Assembly (NCBI GenBank): GCA_965219535.1
Contig: CBDCNV010000001.1
Location: 450,001-482,000, forward strand
From: Opitutales bacterium
Lineage (GTDB): Bacteria; Verrucomicrobiota; Verrucomicrobiia; Opitutales; PNEW01
DNA: 32,000 nt
Reading direction: 5' to 3'
Within the stretch, counting starts at the first letter, position 1; the number at the start of each line of letters is the position of its first letter. Below the pieces are notes generated by a model. It was not told the origin of the DNA. It was given only the letters and a program-made list of their open reading frames with translations, and made no database searches. The position numbers were made by a program, and so were the translations under genes. Below are positions 1-9,319 of the stretch, one piece after another.

Positions 1-2
1 GA

Positions 3-290
3 CGAAAACAGGGGAAAGTAAATCGAATGATAATACTGGTTCTATCCAGATTTTTAGAGTTGATCAAAAGTATCGATAAGCGGCTGCATAAAGTTGAGAT
101 TATACCTTTAAATAATTATCGCCATCATGACGAATCAGCTATGCAATCCGAAAACGAATTGCGAGCTACTGATGAATTAAAATCTGATTTAAAAGATATG
201 CGCCATAAATTAAATTTATTAGAAGAAGAAATTAATAAAATTGAAAAATCGCGTCCATCATCAGAGACGTCGCCTGTTAACGAGGTTTAA
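3..290 (+). CDS. Hypothetical coiled-coil protein, C-terminal fragment (frame is open to the left window edge)
   Basis: The frame-3 ORF has no stop between position 3 and the ATG at 27, so the gene probably starts upstream of the window. The sequence is charged and heptad-like (LKSDLKDMRHKLNLLEEEINKIEK). No recognisable catalytic motif. Confidence 0.35.
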   Translation, partial: RKQGKVNRMIILVLSRFLELIKSIDKRLHKVEIIPLNNYRHHDESAMQSENELRATDELKSDLKDMRHKLNLLEEEINKIEKSRPSSETSPVNEV

Positions 291-328
291 GTTTCGAACG
301 AGCGGGAGTTATCCCCTCGTATCTTAAT

Positions 329-1375
329 ATGAGGATTCTTATCACAACGACACAAGTGCCATTTTGTTATGGGGGCGCTGAAATGCTTGCTGAAACATTG
401 AAAAATGCATTCTTGGAAGAAGGGCATGAAGCGGAAATTGTCGCCATACCTTTTCGCTGGTACCCACCGGAAGAAATCCTCGATCATCTTTTAGCCTGCC
501 GGATGCTCGATATTAGAGAAAGCAATGGTGTTCCCATTGACCTGGTCGTAGGTCTTAAATTTCCCGCCTATCACATTAAACATCCTAATAAAGTTCTCTG
601 GATTCTCCATCAACACCGCTCGGCTTTTGATTTGTGGGAAAATACCGGCAATGATATGGCTGCTTTTCCCAACGGGGATAAAATAAAACAGGGTATAGGA
701 CATCTCGAAATGCAATTGCTTTTGGAGGCTAAACGCATTCATACACTATCTTCTAATGTATCCCGTCGACTTGAAAAATATAGCCGAATCTCTGCACCCC
801 CTCTTTATCCTCCACCTCCCCAGGCGGAAAGTTTCTATTGTGAGGATGCAGAGGATTATATTTATTATCCCAGTCGATTAGAAGTTCTCAAACGTCATGA
901 TTTAGTTATTCGCGCACTAGCTTGCACCAAAAAGCCAGTTAAAATTTATTTTTCCGGCCGACCGATCAAACCAGAATTCCTGAACGATTTGAAAAGTTTA
1001 GCAGAAGAATTAAAAGTTAGTGATCGTATTTCCTGGTTTGATTGGATTAGCGATGAAGAAAAACAGAAAAAGTACGCACGGTCGAGAGCAGTATTATTTA
1101 CTCCACTCGATGAAGATTACGGATACGTTACCCTCGAAGCTATGCTTTCCTCTAAGGCGGTCGTAACATGCAGTGATTCAGGTGGACCTCTCGAATTTAT
1201 TAATCATGAAGTTAACGGGTTGGTTGCCGAACCCACACCTGAGTCTCTGGGGGAGCGTTTGGACGAGATTTGGGGCGATCCCGGGTTTGCGATAAAAGCA
1301 GGGCGACTCGGTAATGAAAAATATCACTCGTTGAATTTATCCTGGAAACACGTCGTTCAGACATTAACACAATGA
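329..1375 (+). CDS. Glycosyltransferase, GT4 (group 1, GT-B fold)
   Basis: 348 aa. N-terminal MRILITTT..GGAE and a C-terminal EDYGYVTLEAMLSSKAVVTCSDSGGPLEFI block (E-x7-E type motif), both typical of group 1 glycosyltransferases. Its stop overlaps the next start (ATGA at 1372-1375). Confidence 0.8.
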   Translation: MRILITTTQVPFCYGGAEMLAETLKNAFLEEGHEAEIVAIPFRWYPPEEILDHLLACRMLDIRESNGVPIDLVVGLKFPAYHIKHPNKVLWILHQHRSAFDLWENTGNDMAAFPNGDKIKQGIGHLEMQLLLEAKRIHTLSSNVSRRLEKYSRISAPPLYPPPPQAESFYCEDAEDYIYYPSRLEVLKRHDLVIRALACTKKPVKIYFSGRPIKPEFLNDLKSLAEELKVSDRISWFDWISDEEKQKKYARSRAVLFTPLDEDYGYVTLEAMLSSKAVVTCSDSGGPLEFINHEVNGLVAEPTPESLGERLDEIWGDPGFAIKAGRLGNEKYHSLNLSWKHVVQTLTQ

Positions 1376-2685
1376 AAATCAATTGGTTTTCTCCTCTTCC
1401 TCCTGCACGTACCGATATAGCCCATTATACGGCGAGAATAATTCCTGTCCTTTCACAGGTTAGTGACTTAACGCTTTGGACTTACCAGCAAGAGTGGGAT
1501 AAAGGTCTTGAACACTATGCACCTGTTCTTTCTTTCAAAGAGGATAAACTGGATTGGTCGAAATTGAATAGAGCGGATGCGACACTCTACAATATAGGAA
1601 ATGATGGGATCTATCACAGAGATATTTTTTCATTCAGCCAACAGCATTCAGGTATTATTTTGCTTCATGACTTTAATCTGCATGAACTGTTTGAAGGCAT
1701 TTACCGTTCTCAAAGCGATTACAAGTACCTGGAAATGCTTCGCCGTATTTATGGTTCGAAAGGATTGGAAGAGGGAATAAAGTATATCAACGGTGAGACA
1801 TCTAAGGACGCGATGATTACAATGTTCCCATTTTACGAGCTTGCATTAAACAATTCTCTCGGAGCTGTAATTCATAATTTTGATAATTTAGAATACGCGT
1901 CGGATAATAACCCTGCGCCAGTTTTCTATACTCCGTTGCCCTATGCTAACGAAAATAATCTCAGGCCTTTGAATTCCAGAATTAGTTCAACGGAAAAAAG
2001 ATCGAGACTCTCTTTAATTTGCTTTGGATATTTCGGTGGGAAAAATCGTAGACTGATTCCCATCCTGAAGTCCTTGGCATCATATCCGAAAAAGGATAAG
2101 CTTAATCTTAATATTTATGGTGAGATTCAATTTCTCGATGAAATAGTTTCACTCATTGAGTCACTAAAGTTAAAAAAGAGTGTTACCTTCCATGGTTTTG
2201 CCCCAGAGAATAAATTGAATGCGGCCTTGGATTCCGCGGACCTCGCGATTAATCTTCGTTATCCTACTCGCGGGGAAGCATCGGGATCTCTACTCCGCAC
2301 TTGGAACCACGCCTTGCCCAGTCTCGTTACTAAAGCTGGATGGTTTAAACAGCTGCCGGAATCATGTGTCGCTTTCGTTCGTCCGGATGCGGAAGAGGAA
2401 GATATTCACCGCCACCTCAATGCCTGTCTTGCCGATCCTGGCCATTATCGAACGATGGGTTTAGCGGGGAGAAAATACCTTGAAGAAAATCACAGCTCTG
2501 AAACTTTCGTTCGAAATATAATGGAATTTATTCCTCAAGTTATCTCCTATAAAAGTAAAGCTTTCGCTTTGGAATTAGGGAAACGTACTGCTGGTAAAAT
2601 TGCGGATGATTTTAGTGATGATTATTTCCAGAAATATTTGCTAAAACGAACAGCAAAAGAAATATTTTCATGGACCCAGGGTTAA
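1372..2685 (+). CDS. Glycosyltransferase, GT4-like
   Basis: 437 aa. The N-terminal WFSPLPPARTDIAHYT motif is common in GT4 enzymes, and the C-terminal half has RYPTRGEASGSLLR in the donor-binding region. Translationally coupled to the upstream GT. Confidence 0.7.
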   Translation: MKINWFSPLPPARTDIAHYTARIIPVLSQVSDLTLWTYQQEWDKGLEHYAPVLSFKEDKLDWSKLNRADATLYNIGNDGIYHRDIFSFSQQHSGIILLHDFNLHELFEGIYRSQSDYKYLEMLRRIYGSKGLEEGIKYINGETSKDAMITMFPFYELALNNSLGAVIHNFDNLEYASDNNPAPVFYTPLPYANENNLRPLNSRISSTEKRSRLSLICFGYFGGKNRRLIPILKSLASYPKKDKLNLNIYGEIQFLDEIVSLIESLKLKKSVTFHGFAPENKLNAALDSADLAINLRYPTRGEASGSLLRTWNHALPSLVTKAGWFKQLPESCVAFVRPDAEEEDIHRHLNACLADPGHYRTMGLAGRKYLEENHSSETFVRNIMEFIPQVISYKSKAFALELGKRTAGKIADDFSDDYFQKYLLKRTAKEIFSWTQG

Positions 2686-2744
2686 TCGATTTTTCCGTGG
2701 AATTCATTTTCCGCATTAAGAAATAAAATCATAATTTAAGATCA

Positions 2745-3359
2745 TTGACTGAGAAAAAAGAAATTCCCTTAGAGCAAATGCTCAACGCACCTGATTTGTT
2801 CCATGTCTTCAGGCACTTGGTGGATCATCCTGAATTAACTCGCGCTTGCGGTGGGTGGATTTACAAGGATAATTACTACCCTGATTACTTAACAGTGGGT
2901 GGGGCATCGTTTGCTATTCATCGCGAAGCGCTCAAGCACTGTATCGGGCATGGAATTGATATCGGTGCGGGTTACTGGCCATTGCCCAAAGCTGAACCGG
3001 TTGATATCTGGCGTGGACCAGGCGCAGATAACAGCCTCGATAATTATCCCGAGCATTCGCTCGATTTTATTTTCAGTTCACATTGCCTGGAGCATATCGA
3101 AAATTGGCGGGAAGCACTTGCCACCTGGGTTGTCAGACTTAAACTCGGTGGAAGTATATTTCTCTATCTCCCTCACCCGGATTGCGCTATCTGGCATCCA
3201 GGATCACCCTTTATTAACGACGGACATAAATGGATTCCGACCCCGGATATTCTCCAAGAGGCACTAATAAACTTTAACTGTGAACTGATCGCCAGGGATG
3301 ATGGGCCCGACGCGATGCAAAGTTTTTATGTGTGTGCACAATTAAAATCAGCTGATTGA
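2745..3359 (+). CDS. Class I SAM-dependent methyltransferase (Methyltransf_11-like)
   Basis: 204 aa with a TTG start per the ORF track. Glycine-rich motif I (GIDIGAGYWP) and LDFIFSSHCLEHIENW (post-I/II region), both typical of small SAM methyltransferases. Confidence 0.6.
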   Translation: MTEKKEIPLEQMLNAPDLFHVFRHLVDHPELTRACGGWIYKDNYYPDYLTVGGASFAIHREALKHCIGHGIDIGAGYWPLPKAEPVDIWRGPGADNSLDNYPEHSLDFIFSSHCLEHIENWREALATWVVRLKLGGSIFLYLPHPDCAIWHPGSPFINDGHKWIPTPDILQEALINFNCELIARDDGPDAMQSFYVCAQLKSAD

Positions 3360-3397
3360 TTTTAATCTCTTATCTCCAGATCAATAAATAGCATTTT

Positions 3398-4585
3398 ATG
3401 AAAATCGGTATTAATCTTTGGCTCTTAGTCGAAGAAGGGGGCGGAGTATGCAATTACGTTCTTACACTCTTGCGCCACTGGAATCAGTATTTCCCAGATG
3501 ATACGCTTGTCATCTTCAGCTTTCCCCAGAATGAGGCATTACTCAATACCCTGCCATCACCATGTCGGAAGAATGAAATTCGGCTTCATGCCCAGGAAGA
3601 AATCTCCAATTACCTCAATCAGTTTGATCTCTATTTCTGTCCCATTGGCTCGTTATATCCCCGTCCATTGCCTAAGCCCTGTGTTGTAACATTGGTTGAT
3701 ATTCAAGAGCGTTTTTATCCAGAATTTTTTAAGCGAGAGGACTTGGAAAGCCGTCTACACCATTATGATGTTTCTCTGAAACTTGCAGATCGCATAATCA
3801 CCATATCAGAGTTTTCGAAGAAAACATTTGTCCGTATCGTAGGAATATCAAAGCGTAAGATTGATCGCATATACCTATGCGCTGACGAAATGCCCGAGGG
3901 AGTGCAACCCATAGAATGGCCTCTCACTGAAAATGAAGCATTTATAATTTATCCCGCTAATAACTGGCCGCACAAAAATCATAAATCACTTATCGCCGCT
4001 CTAAATATTCTTGATCAACGAGGAAAGAACATTCCCTGTGTTTTTACCGGTAGTCTATTAAACGGGAGAGAAGACTGGGAACGTGTCGTTAAATTGAAAG
4101 GGAATACGGACAATTTGTATCACCTCGGTCGCTTGAGTCGTGCCGAACTTTCATGGCTCTATCACCACGCTCGCATTCTAGTATTCCCTTCTTTATTTGA
4201 TGGATTCGGAATACCAATTGTCGAAGCGATGGAAAGTGGTTTACCTATTGCATGTGCCGGCCGCACGAGTTTACCAGAAGTTGCCGCGGATGCCGCTTTG
4301 TTTTTCAACCCCAATGACCCTGAATCCATTGCCGCAAATATTGAAAGGTTATGGGAAGATGAGTCTTTGCGAGAGAGATTGATACAAAAAGGACACGATC
4401 AACGGCATCGTTTTACACCTAAAAATCTTGTACAGGCCCACCGGTTGACTTTTGAAAGAGCTTGCCGTGCCTATAAGCCATGGCTCCATTCCTATCGCCT
4501 CTGGCTGCATCGCCGAAATGATAAAAAAACACGGACCACTTTAACCTCTAGAGAAAAACGAATCGCCGCCAGTCTGCTTAAATGA
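3398..4585 (+). CDS. Glycosyltransferase, GT4 (mannosyltransferase-like)
   Basis: 395 aa. FPSLFDGFGIPIVEAMESGLPIACAGRTSLPEVAADAALFFNPNDPESIA is a canonical GT-B group 1 C-terminal domain. Confidence 0.8.
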   Translation: MKIGINLWLLVEEGGGVCNYVLTLLRHWNQYFPDDTLVIFSFPQNEALLNTLPSPCRKNEIRLHAQEEISNYLNQFDLYFCPIGSLYPRPLPKPCVVTLVDIQERFYPEFFKREDLESRLHHYDVSLKLADRIITISEFSKKTFVRIVGISKRKIDRIYLCADEMPEGVQPIEWPLTENEAFIIYPANNWPHKNHKSLIAALNILDQRGKNIPCVFTGSLLNGREDWERVVKLKGNTDNLYHLGRLSRAELSWLYHHARILVFPSLFDGFGIPIVEAMESGLPIACAGRTSLPEVAADAALFFNPNDPESIAANIERLWEDESLRERLIQKGHDQRHRFTPKNLVQAHRLTFERACRAYKPWLHSYRLWLHRRNDKKTRTTLTSREKRIAASLLK

Positions 4586-4755
4586 ATGACATAAGTGCTT
4601 ATGTGAATATGCGTAAAAGCGGTAATGCGGGAAGAGAGATCTTATTAATTTAAAATGAATACTATCGACTACCGAGGACGTAATCCGAGATCCCTCCGGC
4701 CGGCAATCGTAACAGTCGACAATTACTTGTATTATTGTAAAACTTGAGGGCATTT

Positions 4756-6102
4756 ATGGAAATGAATGGGCCAGTAATAGAATTGGAAGGGGTGACTAAG
4801 TATTATACCCTGTGGGAAAGTCCGTCAGCGAGGATTAAAGCTCCTGTGCTACGGTATATGTCCTCTATGCCACTTGCACCCAAAAGATTATCTTTTAAAC
4901 TGCGCAACCGCGCTGAACAATTAGGAAAACCATTTTATGCGCTTCAAGATATCTCTCTCCATGTAAATCGCGGAGAAAGTTTAGGTATTATTGGACGCAA
5001 TGGATCCGGCAAAAGCACGCTCTTGCAAATACTGGCAGGAACTCTCAACTTATCCAGCGGAAGTTCAATTGTAAAAGGTAGAATAGCAGCCCTTCTCGAA
5101 CTTGGATCCGGGTTTGATTCTGAATTTACCGGACGCGAAAATGTATTCATGTTAGGCGCGCTTTTCGGACTGAGCCCAAAAGAAATTGAAGCGCGTTTTG
5201 ACGAAGTTGCAGAGTTTGCGGAAATCGGGGAGTTTATTGAACATCCGGTTAAGACCTATTCCAGCGGGATGATGATTCGACTCGCATTTGCTACCCAAAC
5301 CCTGGTCGAGCCCGAAATATTTATTGTCGATGAAGCATTATCGGTAGGGGACATTTTTTTCCAGGCAAAATGTATTCGTTTCTTCCGCGAGAGACGGGAG
5401 AAAGGTATGACTCTCCTTCTCGTCAGTCACGACCTGGTTACAATAAAAGCACTCTGTGACCGAACACTTGTGCTGCAAAACGGGCGGGCTAAATTCCTCG
5501 GTAAGAGTTCGCGTGCGGTCAGTCTTTATCATGAGATCAACCAGGAGACACTTACCTCCGCGAGCGCTTATAAACCGCTAACACCGGCAACTTCGGAAAA
5601 CGGCATTTGTCTACCGGATGGTGCAAAACCACGCAATTGGAGTGGAGGTGATGAAATTGGGACTCGAGAGGCAGAGTTTGTATACTGTAATGTGCTCGAT
5701 GCTGAAGGTAAAACACGGACAGATTTTGTCGTGGGTGAGGCGATTTCACTTTATTTATATTTGCAAGCGAGAGAAGCGATAACCGGGATGCATCTTGGCC
5801 TGCAGATTGTCGATCGGCATCAACGCGTAGTTTACGGCATCAGTTCGCGTCAGATTGATCAGGTAGTCAAGGATCTGGAACCCAATCGCGTTTACCGATG
5901 TGCTGTTTGGCTAGACGGGCGTCTCGGTGAAGGCGAATATCTGGTTGATGTCGCACTTGGATTAGGAGACCGTGGTGACGGTGCTCCTTCACACCAACTT
6001 CATAGGGTTGGAGGCATTACCGCGATACGTATTGGCAAACCCGGTCTTCAAGCCCCATTTTTTGGGGCTGCAGATCTGCGCGCACGCGTCGCCTGGGACT
6101 GA
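4756..6102 (+). CDS. wzt: Polysaccharide/O-antigen ABC exporter ATP-binding protein (Wzt/TagH type) with a C-terminal extension of about 190 aa
   Basis: Walker A GRNGSGKST, signature YSSGMMIRLAF, Walker B IFIVDEA, H-loop LVSHD. Residues from about 260 to the end are beta-rich (FVVGEAISLYLYLQA..GLQIVDRHQRVVYG), resembling Wzt C-terminal glycan-binding domains. The ORF track starts at TTG 4744; ATG 4756 is more likely. Confidence 0.85.
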   Translation: MEMNGPVIELEGVTKYYTLWESPSARIKAPVLRYMSSMPLAPKRLSFKLRNRAEQLGKPFYALQDISLHVNRGESLGIIGRNGSGKSTLLQILAGTLNLSSGSSIVKGRIAALLELGSGFDSEFTGRENVFMLGALFGLSPKEIEARFDEVAEFAEIGEFIEHPVKTYSSGMMIRLAFATQTLVEPEIFIVDEALSVGDIFFQAKCIRFFRERREKGMTLLLVSHDLVTIKALCDRTLVLQNGRAKFLGKSSRAVSLYHEINQETLTSASAYKPLTPATSENGICLPDGAKPRNWSGGDEIGTREAEFVYCNVLDAEGKTRTDFVVGEAISLYLYLQAREAITGMHLGLQIVDRHQRVVYGISSRQIDQVVKDLEPNRVYRCAVWLDGRLGEGEYLVDVALGLGDRGDGAPSHQLHRVGGITAIRIGKPGLQAPFFGAADLRARVAWD

Positions 6103-6104
6103 TA

Positions 6105-6189
6105 CAATTGCGGATTGATGGATACAAGATAAACTTTGAAATAATCGTTAGTATCAATCCGCAATCCAAGATTGGTATTTCGCAATCGA
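6105..6189. repeat. Heptamer-family inverted pair between convergent wzt and the GT2
   Basis: Perfect 12-bp inverted repeat TTGCGGATTGAT (6108-6119) / ATCAATCCGCAA (6153-6164). The right side continues as five in-phase units, CAATCCG CAATCCA AGATTGG TATTTCG CAATCGA (6155-6189), ending 1 nt before the GT2 stop codon. Confidence 0.8.
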
Positions 6190-6190
6190 G

Positions 6191-7123
6191 TTACACGGGC
6201 TTTTTGCTATAATTTCCCCATTGTTCTTTCAGGGACAGACCTTTTGGGACTATTTCTTCCCGAAAACTTTTAATAATTTCCGCCTGCCTGTGGGGCGCGA
6301 CCCATTTGAGAAATTTTATATCAAGCCAATTTATCAGTCGCAGGCGCATTTTTTCCAGACCCGAGAGGGGAAAATGTTTTTGACGCAATCCCTTAATGAA
6401 ATATTCGAGTGTATAAATTCTCAACGATCGCCGAGATAAAAAAAACGGTCCTGGTCGTGATGCAAGGACATGAATCATTTCCCGATAACGCGCGAGTCCA
6501 CCGGTATTCGTTTTAGTGTTTGAGTAGTCCCGGTTTAAAGCGATAAACGCAGGGAAACGTTGTCCTTTCATCCCACTGAGAAATATTCTGCCAAACCATT
6601 CGTAGTCCATTGTCCAAAATAAATCATCGCGTATCGGTGCTATTGAGTTGAGAACTGAACGGCGGAAAAAAAATGTCGGTTGGACAATGAAATTATGCGA
6701 ATAGAGATAACGGTTGGAGACAGGGTTTTCCGTAAATAAATTAGGACCTAGGATATTACCTAAGGTATCCATGTCGAGTGCATCACCGTATAAAAAATGA
6801 AGTTCAGGATCAGAGGAAAACGCCTCCGCAACACTTTTAAATATCCCTGGCAAATAAGAGTCGTCAGAGTTAATCCAAGCTACAATATCGCCGCTGCACT
6901 CGCGAAATCCCCGATTAATGGCATCTACCATGCCGTGGTCAGACTCTCGGATCCACATCAGCTGATTCTTATACTTTTCAATTATTTCAGGGGTACGATC
7001 AGTAGAATTACTGTCATAAACTAATAGTTCAATCTCGGTGCCTTCCTGATTGAGGACACTTTTTATCGTATCCTCGATAAATGCATCTTGGTTGTAGGTA
7101 GGGATGATTACGGAAATTTTCAT
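6191..7123 (-). CDS. Glycosyltransferase family 2
   Basis: MKISVIIPTYNQ..SNSTDRT..WINSDD (DxD-type) is the GT-A family 2 signature. The ORF track start at 7153 adds 10 aa; ATG 7123 gives the usual GT2 N-terminus. Confidence 0.8.
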   Translation of the reverse strand: MKISVIIPTYNQDAFIEDTIKSVLNQEGTEIELLVYDSNSTDRTPEIIEKYKNQLMWIRESDHGMVDAINRGFRECSGDIVAWINSDDSYLPGIFKSVAEAFSSDPELHFLYGDALDMDTLGNILGPNLFTENPVSNRYLYSHNFIVQPTFFFRRSVLNSIAPIRDDLFWTMDYEWFGRIFLSGMKGQRFPAFIALNRDYSNTKTNTGGLARYREMIHVLASRPGPFFLSRRSLRIYTLEYFIKGLRQKHFPLSGLEKMRLRLINWLDIKFLKWVAPHRQAEIIKSFREEIVPKGLSLKEQWGNYSKKPV

Positions 7124-7201
7124 TTTAGATAACAACACTACAAATAACCTCACCCTTGGAATCAGCCCGAAGATTCCTTAGAGAGATCAAAATTTCCACT
7201 T

Positions 7202-8224
7202 TTAATCTACTGATTTAGAATCTGTGCCGGAACGCGCTTCTTTTTTCGCCAGTTCATAATCGTGAGCAGTCATTAATTCAGCTAGTTCTTTCATCCGTGT
7301 TTCAGGTTCCCATCCGAATTTATTCTTCGCTTTACTATAGTCACCCGCGAGGATCTCTACTTCAGATGGACGTAGAAAGCGTGTATTCTTTTCGTAATAA
7401 TCGCGCCAATCGAGATCTAATGATAGGAAAGATGCTTCTAGAAACTCTTCGACGCTATGTGGTTCACCGGTTGCCAGTATATAATCATCAGCTTCGTCTT
7501 GTTGTAGCATCTGCCACATACCCTCAACGTATTCTTTGGCATACCCCCAATCTTTCTTGGCGTCCAGTGAACCCATTGTAAGCTTATCCTGAAGGCCCAC
7601 CTTAATGCGTGCAGCCGCTTGCGTTATTTTACGGGTGACAAAATTTTCTCCTCGACGTGGCGATTCGTGGTTAAACAGGATTCCGCAACAGGCAAACAGT
7701 CCATAAGCTTCACGGTAATTTATGGTAATCCAATGAGCGTGAGCTTTGGCGCAAGCGTATGGTGATCGCGGATGAAAGGGGGTTAATTCCGTCTGCGGTA
7801 TTTCCGTAACTTTCCCAAACATTTCTGAAGAAGAAGCCTGATAAAAACGCGTTTTATCGATTAACCCGGAACGGCGCACCGCTTCGAGTAACCGTACTGC
7901 TCCGGTTGCTGTTATATCGGTGGTACTTTCAGGAGTATCAAAACTGATGCGCACATGGCTTTGCGCCGCAAGATTGTAAATCTCATCGGGTTGAATATTA
8001 TTCAATAGATCAAGCAGCGAACTGTAATCCGACAAATCGCCGTAATGCAGGTTAAGCAACTCCCCGTCATTCCCGTCGCGCTGACGTAGTGGGTCGATAC
8101 GGCTGCGTTCCATACTGCTCGTTCGTCGAACGAGTCCATGTACTTCATACCCTTTTTCGAGAAGTAATTCTGCCAGATAAGAACCATCCTGGCCGGTTAT
8201 ACCTGTGATTAACGCACGCTTCAT
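7202..8224 (-). CDS. gmd: GDP-mannose 4,6-dehydratase
   Basis: 340 aa. [62 protein letters not shown] and [17 protein letters not shown] are near-identical in pattern to characterised Gmd enzymes. Confidence 0.95.
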   Translation of the reverse strand: MKRALITGITGQDGSYLAELLLEKGYEVHGLVRRTSSMERSRIDPLRQRDGNDGELLNLHYGDLSDYSSLLDLLNNIQPDEIYNLAAQSHVRISFDTPESTTDITATGAVRLLEAVRRSGLIDKTRFYQASSSEMFGKVTEIPQTELTPFHPRSPYACAKAHAHWITINYREAYGLFACCGILFNHESPRRGENFVTRKITQAAARIKVGLQDKLTMGSLDAKKDWGYAKEYVEGMWQMLQQDEADDYILATGEPHSVEEFLEASFLSLDLDWRDYYEKNTRFLRPSEVEILAGDYSKAKNKFGWEPETRMKELAELMTAHDYELAKKEARSGTDSKSVD

Positions 8225-8316
8225 TATTTATATAAAATTATTAAAATTAAACTTATTGTGTCTTTTTACCAGTAACGATAACAGCTTTTAATTATGTGAT
8301 TCATGCGCTATCTCAA

Positions 8317-8351
8317 CAATCGTCAATCAGCCATCGCAAATTGACAATCGA
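8317..8351. repeat. Heptamer array, 5 units, directly downstream of the wzm stop
   Basis: CAATCGT CAATCAG CCATCGC AAATTGA CAATCGA in perfect 7-nt phase. The wzm stop codon is at 8359-8361. Confidence 0.8.
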
Positions 8352-8358
8352 ACAGGGG

Positions 8359-9210
8359 TCATATCACATCGGCAAAAGCAGGTTTCATCTTATTAAAGGC
8401 AATAAATCCGATCCAAACAAAAACAATGCTGAATCCATACAAATAGACGAGCGATGGAATGTCAGGGCTCTGTTGCCATAATAAAGTCTGACGGGATAAC
8501 TCAATAGAATGAATTAGCGGATTGAATTTTATAAACTGCCAGATGGCGGCGGGGATCTGCTTGGAAGAATAGAAAACCGCACTCGCGTAAAGCAGGGCAA
8601 GACTTAGAAAAGTTGTCAGTTGATTAATATCGCGGAAGAATACACCGAGCGCAGAAAAAATCCATGCCAGCCCGAGTGCGGTGAGGAAAAAAGGAAAAAG
8701 GATGACAGGCATCCATAGGGCGTTAATACTTAGACCTGGTCCTAAAAAAACTATTCCCATGACGACAATGGTAAGTGTAAGACAAAAATGGTATAGGGCT
8801 GTGCCCACGACGGCAACGGGAAGAACATCCAAAGGAAAAACTACCTTTTTTACATAATTTGAATGGCTAACAATAAGTGTCGGTGAGACCATGAGAATTT
8901 CCGCGAGAAACTGGTATATCGTTATGCTTAAAAAAATACCCAACCCATAATCTAATTTCGTTTCCTCTGGGCTGGAATGGTAACTTCCTTTAAAAATGAA
9001 GCCAAAAACAAAGGTATAGAGCATCATCATGAGTAGTGGGTTTAGCACTTGCCAGATACTGCCGAGATAACTTCCTTTATGTCGTGACCTGATATTGCGT
9101 AAAATTAACTGGCGCAAAAGATCCCGATAACGATAAAATCTTCCCAACGAGCTGAAGATGTTCCAGCTCGAATCAGTTTTAATCGCATTTCTGTTTATTG
9201 CCGCCTGCAT
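8359..9210 (-). CDS. wzm: ABC-2 type polysaccharide exporter permease (Wzm/TagG type)
   Basis: 283 aa with about 6 hydrophobic segments. The N-terminal YRDLLRQLILRNIRSRHKGSYLGSIWQVLNPLL motif is characteristic of ABC-2 polysaccharide exporter permeases. Confidence 0.8.
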   Translation of the reverse strand: MQAAINRNAIKTDSSWNIFSSLGRFYRYRDLLRQLILRNIRSRHKGSYLGSIWQVLNPLLMMMLYTFVFGFIFKGSYHSSPEETKLDYGLGIFLSITIYQFLAEILMVSPTLIVSHSNYVKKVVFPLDVLPVAVVGTALYHFCLTLTIVVMGIVFLGPGLSINALWMPVILFPFFLTALGLAWIFSALGVFFRDINQLTTFLSLALLYASAVFYSSKQIPAAIWQFIKFNPLIHSIELSRQTLLWQQSPDIPSLVYLYGFSIVFVWIGFIAFNKMKPAFADVI

Positions 9211-9319
9211 TTAAATATAACCCTATTTTCATTATTGAAGGCATAGCAAACAAGCTTTTTCAAGAGGGTAAAACATAGAGATCAGCACTATTGCACGCTC
9301 GCACGATACGTCCGTTTTT

